Positions 49,470-62,100 of a stretch of 64,000 nt of DNA are shown here, piece by piece. Both the position numbers and the translations under genes were made by a program. Within the stretch, counting starts at the first letter, position 1. Every line of letters begins with the position of its first letter. This DNA is from Lama guanicoe (taxonomy: Eukaryota). The DNA is taken from positions 4,217,802-4,281,801 of the forward strand of contig MU054400.1 of NCBI GenBank assembly GCA_013239625.1. The letters run 5' to 3'. A model generated the notes under the pieces. The model was not told the origin of the DNA and ran no database searches. It saw only the letters and a program-made list of their open reading frames with translations.

Positions 49470-50545
49470 TACAGAATGAGAAAAGACACTTGCAAACTAC
49501 ATATAAATACAAAAGGAACTCATACAACTCAATAACAACAAAAAATAAACAATCTGACTAAAAAATAGAACTTGAGTAGACATTTTTCCAAAGAGGATAT
49601 AAAATGGCCAACAAATACATGAAAAGGTGCTCAGCATCACTAATCACTGGGGAAATGCAAATCAACACCTCAGTGAGGTATCGCCTGACACCTATTAGAA
49701 TGGCTGTCATCAAAAAGACGAGAGATAACAAATGCTGGTGAGGATGCAGGGAAAGGGAACCCTGGTGCACTGTTGGTGGGAATGTAAATTGGTACAGTCA
49801 CTATGGAAAACAGTACAGAGATTTCTTAGAAAAATTAAAAATAGAGCTATCATATGAAGCAACAATTCCACTTTTGAGTACTTCTCCAAAAGAGACTAAA
49901 TCACTATCTGAAAGAGGTATCTACACTCCTTGGTCATTACAACATTATTAACAGCAGCCAAGATGGGAAAACAACCCAAATGTCCATCAGTGGACAACGA
50001 GGGGATAAATAAAATGCGGTACGCAATGCAATGGAACATTATTCAGCCATAGAAAGGAAGAAGGAAATCTTGCTATTTGCATCAACATGGATGGTCCCTA
50101 AGGGCATTCTGCCAAGCGAAGTAAGTCAGAGAGTGACAAATACTGTCTGATCTTACTTCTGTGTGGGGTCTTCACCGAATTCACAGAAACAGAGCATAGA
50201 ATGGTGGTTGCCAGGGACTGAGGGTTGGGGGAGATGCGGAGATATTGGTCTAGGGTACAGACTTTCAGTTATGCGATGAATACGTTCCAGGGATGTAATG
50301 CGCAGCATGGTGGCTACAGTTGACAATACTGCGCTGTGAAATTGAAAGGTGCTATGACATGAGAGCTTCAATGTTCTCACCATAATAACAACAAAATGGT
50401 AATCATGTGAAGTGAAGGATGCTCTCACTAACCTTATTGTGGTACACATTTCACAGTGTATACGTTTATTAAATTGTCACATTGGATACTTTAATCTTAT
50501 ACAATCAATCAGTCAATTATATCTCAATAAAGCCGAGAAAAATAA
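49470..50545 (+). mobile_element. L1MA-like ORF2 end and 3' UTR
   Basis: Contains GACATTTTTCCAAAGAGGATATAAAATGGCCAAC...GGTGGGAATGTAAATTGGTACAG...TATCTCAATAAAGC followed by an A-rich tail. Confidence 0.88.
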
Positions 50546-50876
50546 AATCCCAGCTGACATTTTTCGGCACAGCAGTCCTGGCTGATTTTTCTTCCATAAG
50601 CCGCGTCGCACCAGACCTCAAAGCAGGGTACACGGCTGTCATTCCTTCCTTGTTCCCACTTCCAAACTATTCTTTTCCCTCCCCCTCTGGAAATCTCTAG
50701 CTTCCTTGAACTGTCAGCTACTGTCAGCTGCTCCAACGGTCGCCCACTGACTTTTCCTCCATCTACAGCCCTTCTCAACCAGCATTGCTCCTGGGAACCG
50801 AAGAAGACAGAGAATGAGTTGAGTGGCTGTGTCCTCCGTCCTCTCAAGGATGCGCATCACCGGCACTGACACCAAG

Positions 50877-51442
50877 TGTTACCGTCAGTTAGATCCATTA
50901 AACCTGTAACCTGCCTTCACTGACCAAGCTTGCTTTAATTGTTGCTACAAAAACTTGCATGTCCTCCAAGCATTATGGAGCCTAGACAGTAAGGTGTTTG
51001 CCACAGATGTTTTTCAGAAACTTGGACTCAGCTGTATCCAGTTTGAGCTCGAGCTGGTTAAGACCAGTTCTTACCACTGACCCTCCAACTGAGCATGTGC
51101 CAGTTTCTGCTTGGTGACCTTTTGAGATCAGAGGGCCCAAAATTCACCCTTAAAACATGCTAATACACGGGTCCCAAGAAGATGCCTGTAACTTAATTGC
51201 ACCCGCACAGAACAACGATTGCCTCACCTTTTTCTTTTCAAATCCCCTTTCCCCATGATCCTGATCTCAGTTTATCCCATAAATACCCTGAGCCCCTCAC
51301 CTTTCGGGAGGCAGATCTGAGATTTGTTCTCCCAGACTCCTGGCTTGGCTGCCTTGTGAATAAACCCCTTCTCTGCTACAAGCCCCGGCATCTCAGTGTT
51401 TGCCTTGCTGCACGTTGGGCAAACGAACCTGGTTCAGTAACA
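50877..51442 (+). mobile_element. ERV1-class (MER41-like) solo LTR
   Basis: Has perfect inverted termini TGTTAC...GTAACA, a TATA-like CATAAATA near 51278 and AATAAA at 51359-51364. Confidence 0.8.
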
Positions 51443-52073
51443 GTATCACTATGGGTGCAGAGGACAGAAGTTAGTCCATCTCAGTGGATGCTATATATGC
51501 CAGAGCTTGACCAGAGGAGAGTCCATGAACAAGGGAGATGAAGGATTTATATGGAGAGGGCACCTCCCAGAGGGTGGGACCTGAGCGGCAGGTGGTGTCG
51601 TCTGTTGCTTCTGCATCTGGTGTCGAGCCTGAATTCACTGGGGCAGATAGGTGGTTGGGAAGTAAAACTGGAACCAGTAGGGGTGAACTGGAACTGGAGT
51701 CTCGCTCATCACTTCCAACGTCGGTGCCACAGTGGGTGACCTGTGGGGGCCTTCAAATGTGGAGCTGGTATGCACTTTGTCCAGGACTCAGAGAGGCAGA
51801 AGGAGGAGACTAGCAGGAGCCGGAGAAGCTCAGGTCAGGTGCTGGCCCATCCCGACCAAGGGGAGCTTTACATCAGCCAGGAAGCCTGCCAGCTGCCACA
51901 GTGCTTGGGGCTCTCCACGACCTTCAGAGCCTAAAAAGAATATGGTGCTACTGCCTCACTTCCTCCTTCCAGATCTGGTGCACAAGCCCCCTTGTGGCCA
52001 ACACCAGCCGGGAACCACGTGGGGAGGGGCACTCTGGGAACGCAGTTCCATCGCAGCTCAGTGGACATAGTAC
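51443..52073. mobile_element. Ancient ERVL-type LTR-like fragment
   Basis: The end CTCTGGGAACGCAGTTCC...GGACATAGTACA resembles old ERVL/MaLR termini. The family is not identified. Confidence 0.35.
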
Positions 52074-53450
52074 AGGGGCACCCCTGGTGCAACTGGGCAT
52101 TCAGCTTAATTCCCTCGGGGCTGCATTTGGTTTCGGCATCCGGCTCTCTGGTTTGCTCTCTTTATGACAACCTCAGCCTCGGAGTCCCTTAACTTCCTCA
52201 CATTCAACCACCCACCCTTAACCATCCCCTAGACCTGGGTATTACCATCACTGTGTCACCTTGGAAGTCTCTAATTCAGAATCTCTAATCGGAATGTCAT
52301 TTCGCTGACCACCGCCTCCTGTCTTCCCAGTTCGCCCGTCTCAGTGTTGTCACATGTCCCCTGTGCTCAAGCCCTTGCTTTGCAGTGTCTTCTGCTGCTG
52401 CCTTAGCTCCCTTGTTACAGTATCGTGCCCATCCACCTGCAACCTATCTTAAAACAAAACAAAACTAAAAGCCCTTCCTAGATCTCAATTCCCTACTCAG
52501 TAACTAGCCCATTTCTATGAAAACTCCTTGGAAAATTTGCTTTTACTCGCGTTCTCTACTCTCTCCTCCATTCACGATAATCAAGAGTCTGCTACCTCAC
52601 CATTTTTCTTATCAACGATGGTGAAAATCTTGCTCTACCCAACGGTCACCTCTCAGTCCTCATCTTATCTGAACTTTCAGCACCATGGGATGGGACTGAT
52701 AAGCCTTCTCTTCAAAGTACTTTTTCATTTGGCTTCTGACACTCTCTGCTCTTCTGTTCCTCACTCCACAAGTGATCTCATCCAGTGCCTAGGTGGTAAA
52801 TTACATCTCCCGATTTGATCACTTCAATACCAGTCTTTCTCTAACTTCCATGTGTATGTTATTCACTCAGTTGCTCAATGAGCATCACAAACTTAACTTT
52901 CCCCAAGAGCACGTCTGATTCCCCATCCCCAAAACTTGTTTGTTTCCTGGTCTTTCAGTGGTGTACATTCTCCAAAATTCATTTCCATCGGTTTCCTCCA
53001 TCCCTTGATATCCATGCTACTGAGATCAAGAGGCAGAGTCTAAGTTCCTTCTCCTTAACGCCTTGGGCAGGTCTTCATGACTCTGACCAATGGCATGCAG
53101 TGATAGTGATTGACATTCTGGGGCTTCCTGGAGAGGGCACAAGATGCCTTGTTTTGTAGCTTCTACCTGGGACTCTTGGAATGCTTGCTCTGGAAAAACC
53201 AGCTACCATATAAGAAATCTGACTACTCTGAGACTGCCATGCTGCGAAAGCCATGCTCACTATGCAGAGGGGATCCATGGGGAGAGAATGAGGTGGCTGG
53301 TCAGCTCCCAGCTTCTTTGGCCATGTGAGTGAGGAAGGAACAAGACACGTGAGTGAAAAAGCCATCTTGGATGTCCAGCCCAATGGAACCCTCAGATGAT
53401 TCCAGCTCCAGCTGCCGTCTGATGGAAAGTACATGAGAGAAACCCCAACC

Positions 53451-53606
53451 CAGGGTCAGGACTAGGGTGAGGGGGGTGAGGCACCCAGGTACAAAATTTA
53501 AGGAGGTGCTCACCCTCAGGGGGATGCTACAGGGCCCTTGAGAGCAATTGCCCCTTACATCCCATACCCTAGGCTCTTCATTCACCTCACACTAATCCTG
53601 GTCTTG
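53451..53606. mobile_element. MER96-like palindromic hAT MITE
   Basis: Long imperfect inverted repeat CAGGGTCAGGACTAGGGTGAGG...CCTCACACTAATCCTGGTCTTG. Confidence 0.75.
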
Positions 53607-53675
53607 CTCCATGAAAAGAACAGCACAGCTTAGCCCAGTCAACCCAGAGGATCATGACAAATAATGAAGAATGTT

Positions 53676-53806
53676 TTTGTTTTTGTTTTCTTTTTTTATT
53701 CTTATTTTTTATTGAAGTGTAGTTGATTTCCAATGTTAGTTTCAGGTGTACAGCAAAGGAATTAAGTTACACATATACAAAAATTTTTTTTTCAGTTTCT
53801 TGTCCA
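53676..53806 (-). mobile_element. Short cetartiodactyl L1 3' end
   Basis: Poly(T) followed by ATTGAAGTGTAGTTGATTTCCAATGTT. The TSD AAGA(A/G)TGTT is at 53667-53675 and 53807-53815. Confidence 0.8.
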
Positions 53807-55389
53807 AAGAGTGTTGTTTGAAGCCACTAGGTTTTGAGGTGGTTTTTCATACTCCAATAGGTAATCACATACACATGTTCCATCATATCCAATTGCTTGG
53901 GTCAAAGGTCTACTTGGACTCTTCCCTTTGCTCCACATCCCGTATCCAAGGGATGGCCCATCACAGGCAGTTAATAAAACATTTGATGGGTCGAATGCGT
54001 CAAAAATCGGAACTTACTGCTTGTCTTCTAAATTCGCCAAATCAGAACTGATCCAAACCACTTATACTATAGACAAAGGAACAGAGACCCTGAGAGGTTA
54101 AAGAATATGGAATAGCTCTGAAGTTTTAAACTATAAAATGGTATTCCCGGGGTGCTGAGTGGTTCAGTGAAAGGACGGAAGGTCTAGTGATAAGCACCAC
54201 CTACCTCTGGGTGCTCAGCAATATGGCAGGTAGAAAGATATAGGAGGCAGATCTGCGCCCTTCTAGGGACTTAGCAATATATCAGCTGTCCATTGAGGGG
54301 TGTCTAGGATACTTCCACGTGGCTGAAGGCTTACATCTTAAGCATCTACTCACTTGTTTTGTTTTATTTTGTTTTTATAACTAGAGAATATGAAAACTTG
54401 GTGGCAGACAACCAGTGAAAAACAAACAACATCTACCCTAGAATTCCATATTCTACCTCATATCCTGAAAGTCTATCCCATTCTCCCTAAGCATCCTCTT
54501 TGTGTCTCTATGATTCGCTTAAGAGGAATGAATTCTGAAGAACAAAGTAGGATGGGAACCCCATTCACGCACAACAAAGCTAGGTCATTCCCATAGTGGA
54601 AGTTCTGGGGCTTTCTCTTGAACTCCATCTCTCCTTATAACTCCCTCGAGGACCATGCCAAGTCTTATTCATTCTATTTAAGAAAACATCTTTCACATTT
54701 AACTCTTCTGTATTCCCACCACCCTGGTTTCTTGGAGGTTTTCACCACTGCTGACCACTTGGTGTTTCCCAATTCTTCCGCTAAATCACATCACCCTCTT
54801 GACCAGGGGGGTGTCTCAGAATCACTCAGGAGGCTTTTAAAAGATACATATTCCTGTACCAGTATACCAGTTCCGTTACACTTGAACTCTTCCCCAAGGG
54901 CCCAAGAGTGTGTATTTTGGGGGAAAAAATAATAAATAATCCTGCCAGTGGTTCCAGACTTGGGGATTTTATAGATCAGTTTATTTTTTTAAATTGTGGA
55001 CTGTCTTTGAGATGCCACTTTAACATCCAGTAGACCAGGCAGCACTGTGACAGTTAGTGCTCCCAAGGACACCTCCAAACACTGCTGATGGAGGCTGATC
55101 TAGTTAAACTTTTAAAATGTAAAATAAGTGAAAAATACAACCACTTGACACAGTCCACTACCGAGAACCTTTCCAATAATGATATTTAAAAAAAAAAAAC
55201 ACTGATGAGAAAGGATGATGCATATATTCTAGCAATCACAATGGAAATAATTACTTTTTTCCCAAAAGTTCTAGGCCAAGTGCTGGAACCTCATTGGGTC
55301 TGGGTCATGTGCCCGTGTACCTTAGAAGTAAAAGAGAGGAAGTTCTCTGAAGGAAAACCAAGGATGTCATCAGAAGGAAGGTGTCCCCT

Positions 55390-55532
55390 GAGAACTATAT
55401 TCAATAACTTGTAATAACCTGTGATGAAAAAATATGAAAAAAGATATATATCTGTCTAACTGAATCACTATGCTGTACACCAGAAACTAACACAACATTG
55501 TAAATCAACTACACTTCAATGAAAAAAAAAAA
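55390..55532 (+). mobile_element. Short cetartiodactyl L1 3' end
   Basis: Contains AACTGAATCACTATGCTGTACACCAGAAACTAACACAACATTGTAAATCAACT followed by poly(A). Confidence 0.85.
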
Positions 55533-57334
55533 GAAGAAAATGTGTCCATTGCACCAGGGCTCCCCTGGTGCATGGACTGGTCCTCAATAGCCCCTGAGAA
55601 GGTGGGGGTTAGCATTTGGACACTTTTAGAACAGTTTGGAAGAGTAATGTTATGGCTGCTGAATCAAATCATAAAACTCAGGGGCTTCTATTTTGTCGGT
55701 ATCATTTCATTTTCGTGATATGGGGTTTGAGTGTCTTTTTCTCTGCAATGAGAACTTTTCCCAGCTAGAAACTCTGGAGACCAACAGCACTTACCTTGAG
55801 CAGATAAATGTCTGCTAGCCATGAAATGGTCCCCGGGACTTGAAGGAGGGCAGTTTTTGTATTTAGGAAGTGACTCTTTCAACCCTGAATAGAAACAGTT
55901 AGTTAATTTGTCGCATTAAAGTTTGAGTAAACTTTTGTCATTTCGCATTATCTTTACAAAGCCCCCTTGATAAAGAGATGATAGCCACTCCCCCTCCCCT
56001 TACCTCAGGAAGGCGTCTGCAGTTTATACTACAAAGACACTGCGACCTTAAGATCATGGTTTGGAGTATGTATCTGGTTTTATTTTTATTTTATTTATTT
56101 TTAGGTAATAGACCAAAAAAATAACCTGGTCGTTCACCGCAGACCGTTAAAGAAGCTTTATGCTATATGGGTCAATACTAGATTTTTTTTCTTTGGTATT
56201 CAGGGCAAATAAGTTGTTAGGTACAGGAACTTAAGGACTCGCCGCTGTGTGAAGATGAATCAAAATGTAAGAAACAAATTTTTGATTCTTTCCAGAATGT
56301 CATTCTGACGCCGAGCGACAGCGCGACCCAGCTTCACGGAGCAGACAGCAGCTGTTACCCAGAGGGGTGGAAACGCACCCCACACCATCGCTTTGGGGGA
56401 TTAGGATCCTGGCTGGGTTTCGACCAGAGGAAATCCCACAGAACCAGCAGGTGTTCCAATGTTCAGGAAACTTGACTTTCATACTTTCTGAAAAGAGATA
56501 TTAATGAAACAGAGATTTAAAGTCCAACTAGACCATGTGAGTTGAGACGCATCCTCCGTTATCCTCCCTTGCGTGCAGCTGGCAGTCAGGACAGTTTTTT
56601 GCAGAGAGTAATTTTCCCCAGATAGCACCTTCACTCATTTGGGTGCAGCATCTTCTGTTCTCCAATAACTGGGGCCAGTTCTTTAGGGGGCATGGTAGAA
56701 TGTTTCAAAGAGTGTTTCAAAGGCCATGTTTCAAAATCAGGTTTTTCACTATTGATATTAAGAGGAAACTTTTTTGTAACTATGTCATAAATCTGGATAA
56801 GCTATTCTCTAAATATTGATAACATAATACATAAGAGAACTTATCAGTTGTCTTAAAAATGTGCTTTTTATCTAGAGGAAATCTGTATCAAGGCATTAAG
56901 TTTCCCTTCCCTCCTTCCGTCCTGCAAAAAAAAAAAAATCAGCAACAAAAATATCCATCAACGAGCTAATGTAAAATGTATGAGTGTGTGGTTAATGCTT
57001 CTCAGACAATCTGGGAGAAACACATTAGAATTGCTTACTTATTGCTAAAACTATGTAACTATCATAGAGTATCTTGGGGAAGAAATTATGATCTTATTGA
57101 CTGATAATGATTACAAACTACCTAATGCTTTTTAACGAAGTACATATTAATATATCACAATTGGTCACAGTCATCCTTCATTTTAAATCTGCTTTCACAC
57201 TTACTGCTCATTTTTCACTGACTTTGATTCAGTTGAAGCCAACAGATATTTATTGAGTGCCTAACTACATGTGCCAGGAAGCTGTAGCATTTTTTAAAAA
57301 ATCCTCCAACTTCGTTATTTTAACACTGTTATTA

Positions 57335-57685
57335 TTAATAGATTTTATTTTTTTAAGTATTGCTAGGTTCATAGAAAAATTGATTGCAATGTACCAAGTT
57401 CCCACATATCCCTCCCTCCTCCCCAGTTCCCCTTTTTATTTATATATTTTATTAGTATGGCACATTTGTTACAATCGATGGACCATTATCAATACATTAT
57501 TATTAATAATGTATCATAATAACCAATATCAGCACATTATTATTCAGTGAAGCCCATAGTTCACATTAGGGTTCACTCTTGGTGTTGCACATTCTGTGGG
57601 CTTTGACAAATGTATAATGTCATGTACTCACCAGTCTGTATTATATTATTATCATATAGATAGTTTGATTGCTCTGAAAACCCCC
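57335..57685 (-). mobile_element. L1MC/MD-like 3' end
   Basis: Contains GTTCACATTAGGGTTCACTCTTGGTGTTGCACATTCTGTGGGCTTTGACAAATGTATAATG. Confidence 0.75.
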
Positions 57686-58698
57686 GGCAGTGTTCGGTTT
57701 TAACCTAGAAGGGATCTTACGTCGAGTCTTTATTATTTAAAGCTTCCACATTTAGTATTTCTCTTTTTTGTCCATTAAAAAAATAAAGTGAAGCCATACG
57801 TGCCATTTGGATCCAAAAGTTACACATATTTCCCTACATGGTTAACCATTTCTATTGAAAGAAGCTTTCATATCACTCTGTCATCCACCCCAGAAATATT
57901 TGTTGAGTTCTTTTCTGGGTCAGCACCCTGTCCCAATGTTCCTCTGATTAAGAGAGTTTGTGACAGGTGACTTGATGCTATAGCCCTTTGCTTCATGCAT
58001 GGACATACATTTAATAACCAAAGCTCGTTTCACAGTCTTTTTTTCTTTCCAGTTTATTTTATTTAAAAGTTATTAAAATGTATTTTTGAATAGGAAATAC
58101 ACATATATAGCGTAAAACATACAAGATATAAAAAAGTGCATGGTGTCCAGAAAACCTCCACTCAACTTTGAATCCGAGGACTCACTTCCCTCAGCCACTC
58201 TTGTCAATTTCTTGTGTGCATTCCCAGAGATATTACATAAATCTACATATAAAATAAATCTTTTTAAACAATGATCTTTGCCTTGTCTTTTTCACCTAAC
58301 GATATATTTTGGTCATTGTTACCTATCACTTCAAAAACCACGGACATATTACTTCCTTCTCCTTTTGATGAGTGGATAGTTTTCCATTTTTCTGATGTTT
58401 CATACATTATTTAACCAGTCCCTGACTGATAAGTCGTTAAAGTTTGATCTTTTTTTTTAATTTCAATGCAGCAACGAATAGCCTTGTACATGTGTCATTT
58501 CCATTATATGTTATTATAAGAAATTGAATACAGTTCCCTGTGCTATACAGTAGGTCCTTGTTGTTTATCTATTACATTTATCATTTCGTAAGTACTTTAA
58601 TACAGCTAGAGGATACATTTTTAGCAAGTGGAATTACTGCATCAGAGAGGAAGTACATTTTAAATTATGGTAGATCAATTATTTTATCTATTTAATAA

Positions 58699-59143
58699 TG
58701 CTACTGAGCAAGGGCTCCGTGCCCTCACGTGCATAGAAGCCAGCGCAGTGGCACCAGGTTTTGAGAAAACAAGAGCTTTATTGTGAGGTTGACCAGCAAG
58801 GAGACAGGAGGCGGGCTTCAAATCTGTCTCCTCGATCCAGGTTTCAGGGTGAAATTTAAAAGGTTAGAGGAATTTCAAGCTTGGAAGCTAATTGAATGGG
58901 TCCGTATAAGCTACTCATGCTGCTGGAACCAGATTTTCTTTATTGAAGCACTTCTCACTTCATAAAGGGCTCTAATGGCAACATTCCTAATCTTGGAGTT
59001 CCATGGATTCTTATTTCCAAGGTCATCCTGGAGACCTGGGTTTCCAGCTTGCACATGCACGAGGCTGTTCTGTGAAATAACTGAAGCTTTGATTAACCGA
59101 TCAACCTGTTTAAGGAGGCAAAACCAGTTTCAGCTGGTTTACG
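58699..59143 (-). mobile_element. ERV1-class solo LTR inserted in an old minus-strand L1 (about 58050-59330)
   Basis: The reversed U5/polyA region GCTTTATTGTGAGGTTGACCAGCAAGGAGACAGGAGGC...CAAATCTGTCTCC resembles the 50877 LTR. L1ME-like sequence lies on both sides. Confidence 0.7.
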
Positions 59144-62100
59144 TGCTGTCTCACTAGGTCATCTGTTCCCTGTGGAAGTCGTGCCAGAGTATGGGCATGT
59201 TATCTGTGAGCATCACCACCGACACAACTTGTTTTTAAACTTCTGGACCGTTGCCAATCTGATAGGTGAAAATCAGACCTCGCTGTAGCTTTCATTTTAA
59301 TTTCTCTTGTTATATGTAAGACAAACGTTATTATGTGAGTCTTCAGAAAATTAATAAGGTAAAGATTGAAGACATTTAAGTTGAAGGAGGTCGTGATTCA
59401 ACATCATTCCACCGACAAGTGAGAACACCCAGAAAGTGATCTGCTAAGCTTGTCGCCTTGGCCACGGCCCCACCTTGCCTCCACAGCACCCAGCACAGTG
59501 TGGGAATGACGGCTTCGAGGTTCGCCCTTCCTGGCGGTTTTCCTCCACTTGGTCAGTAAGTCTCAAAAAAAAGGTGTTAAAGAATGCCTTTTATCAAGGG
59601 AAATAAGATTTCTTACTAAAGGATCCGCCCAAATCCCTTTAAAATCTTAGGAACTCCTCCCCTCTAATTCCTGCCCTGGATAGATCAGAATACATGTCCC
59701 CAGTTTTTTAATCCAAGTAACTACTGAATGATTGACATTAACTGTATGTTCTAGATTTCAAGCAGGGGTGAAATGATCCTATTACCGATGAGACATTTGA
59801 AAAACAACGCTTTGCTTGTTCCTTCCCTTTTCCCACCAGGAGACCCTAGTTTCCTCTCTGCATCTGACTTCAAACTGGGAGATTTATTGGGGTTCTTTAT
59901 CCTATGGAACCCTGAGAGCCTCTGGTTTCTGAGTAGCACATGAAGTGTTTGCCTTCATTCATGTCTTACACACACATCACTGGGATTTGTTGTCAGGTAG
60001 AGGTTTGTCCCTGACTTGCGCTGTCTCCTGACCCCGTTGCTTCAGTCAGTTTGCCTGAAAGAGGATTAACTGCCCTGATCATCATTTGCCTGAAGTCAGG
60101 GTTGTGTTTGGGGATGTGACAAGGGACTGAGCCATCTGGAGAGGAGAGGGTTTCCCAGGGCAGAACAGCTTGTGGTAGTTTGACAATTGTTAAATCAACA
60201 AAGTGGCTAAATGAAGCACCTTTCTGGAATAGATGTTATGTTGATTTTGAATTATAAATTTTCACTGTTGATTATCTTTCATTTACTGAATATTGAGCAT
60301 TCCTATGTGTCAAGGACTTTCTAGGTTTCAGACGTCTAGCAAGGAGGGAAATGCTCACACACAGGGTTGTTTTATCCAATGGTCGTTGTAATTGTCTTCT
60401 CAGTGCCCCTGGATCTGAGAACCTGGTGAGTTATCACTAGAAAAGGGGGACCCGTTTCTGGGAAAGCACAGATGCCCTTAGGCTCAGCCTTATCTCTTTG
60501 CTACAAACAAAAGAAGTGAACGGATTTCCATCCTAACATAGAACACTTCATCTAGATCCCAGCAAGAGAAGTCTCTTAAGATTCTCACATTCTTGAAAAG
60601 CAACTGGGGGAGAACTAAATGACACGGAGGAAAAAGCACCCCTTTAAAAGCTGGGCAGCCACTTTTCCGTCAAGGGCTTGTCAAAATGGCCTAACAGAAA
60701 GAAAAAAAGAAAAGCAAGTGCACATATACATTTTTAAAGTAGCTAGCAACCAAGACAACACCAATTATTCAACCACAGTAAAGAAACCAGCAGCCAAACC
60801 ACACTGATTATTTAACCGCGTATCCAAGTGCTGAACACAGCCATAGCCAGCCACGTTAATTTAATGTAAATATCCTGAATAACCAGCCCCTGTGGAGGCA
60901 AGAGCTGCAGCAAAGGACAGCTCCTCACCTTTCCTTGTCTTGCCTCCAGATGTCTGGAGCTGGAAAACTGGCTGTAATCCAACAAGTACCCCTGCCTCCA
61001 CTTTCTTCCCCCTTCTTTTTGCATTCGTTTCTCTAAAACCTGGATTCATTCTTTCCCTACCAATCCCTACCGATCACATGCACACGCATACTCAAGGAAA
61101 CATTTCATTTGGTGAATTCCGTTCTTTCCCTCTTGATTTCCACCTTTTCTTTCTTTTTCTCTTCATTTCAATCCTCTTCTTCTTCTTTTTTTTAACCTCA
61201 ATGCTTTCATTCTAGTGTATTTGATTCTTATTTAATTTTTATGAATCATCATATGTAAAGTTGATTCTCAGGAAGTGTTCATCAGGAAAATATGAACTTC
61301 TTCTTTACTACCTGCAGCTGCAGAATTGGCACTAGCTTGAGATTTACTTAAAAATGGTCCCTTTTACTGGGAAATGCCCTGGCTCATGAATCTTGTGAAC
61401 CCAGAGGTCCATGTTTGAAAAACATAGTCCTCCTCTCACCCACCACAGATCTGAGTCAACGTTGGCCAACCCATTGGTGTCTATCAACCAGATTTCTCTC
61501 CTTGAGACTTGAACCAAGAGACGCAGAGACTGGATGGAAACATGGGGGACTCACTGGGGGCTGGATGACAGAGTGGGTCATGTGCAACTAGAACAAGCTT
61601 ATCTGGGGAGAGGAACAGGGGAAACAGCTGAGGAAGACCCTGTGGTCTACGGAGGATAAAAAGTGAAGCAACAAGTAAACATACGCTTCCCCAAAAGAGG
61701 GTGGAGACACCTCATTTCCCATTGGTTGGTCCAGTTCTGTTCCGTGAGGCCAGGCTCTGTTTCAGTTGCTAAGACCATGAGATTGACACCGTATCCTCAT
61801 TTGACATCTGTGTCCATGGATTATAGGATAAAATCAGGCTCTGAAGTCACTTCGCTTTTATCCTTATCTCTCCTCAATGCCCACCTTTTCTCTGGACACG
61901 AAGTCAGTTTCCAAAAGATGCTTCCGAATATAAAATTCATCTTATGTGCAGGGAAGTCTCCTGGACATAAGATAACAAGCTTAATGGGAGCTTATGCTTC
62001 GTGGAAGTGAGCATAAACAACGCTCATGGTTCCATTTATGCCTAATCCCTCAGACCGTTACTCACCAATGACCCAGCCCAGTGTTGGGGGACTAAGATGC

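Larger units (their letters stand above)
52955..53873 (+). mobile_element. MLT1H-like MaLR LTR carrying two nested insertions
   Basis: MLT1 motifs GACTACTCTGAGACTGCCATGCTG and the 3' end TTGAAGCCACTAGGTTTTGAGGTGGTTT are separated by the inserts. Confidence 0.75.
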
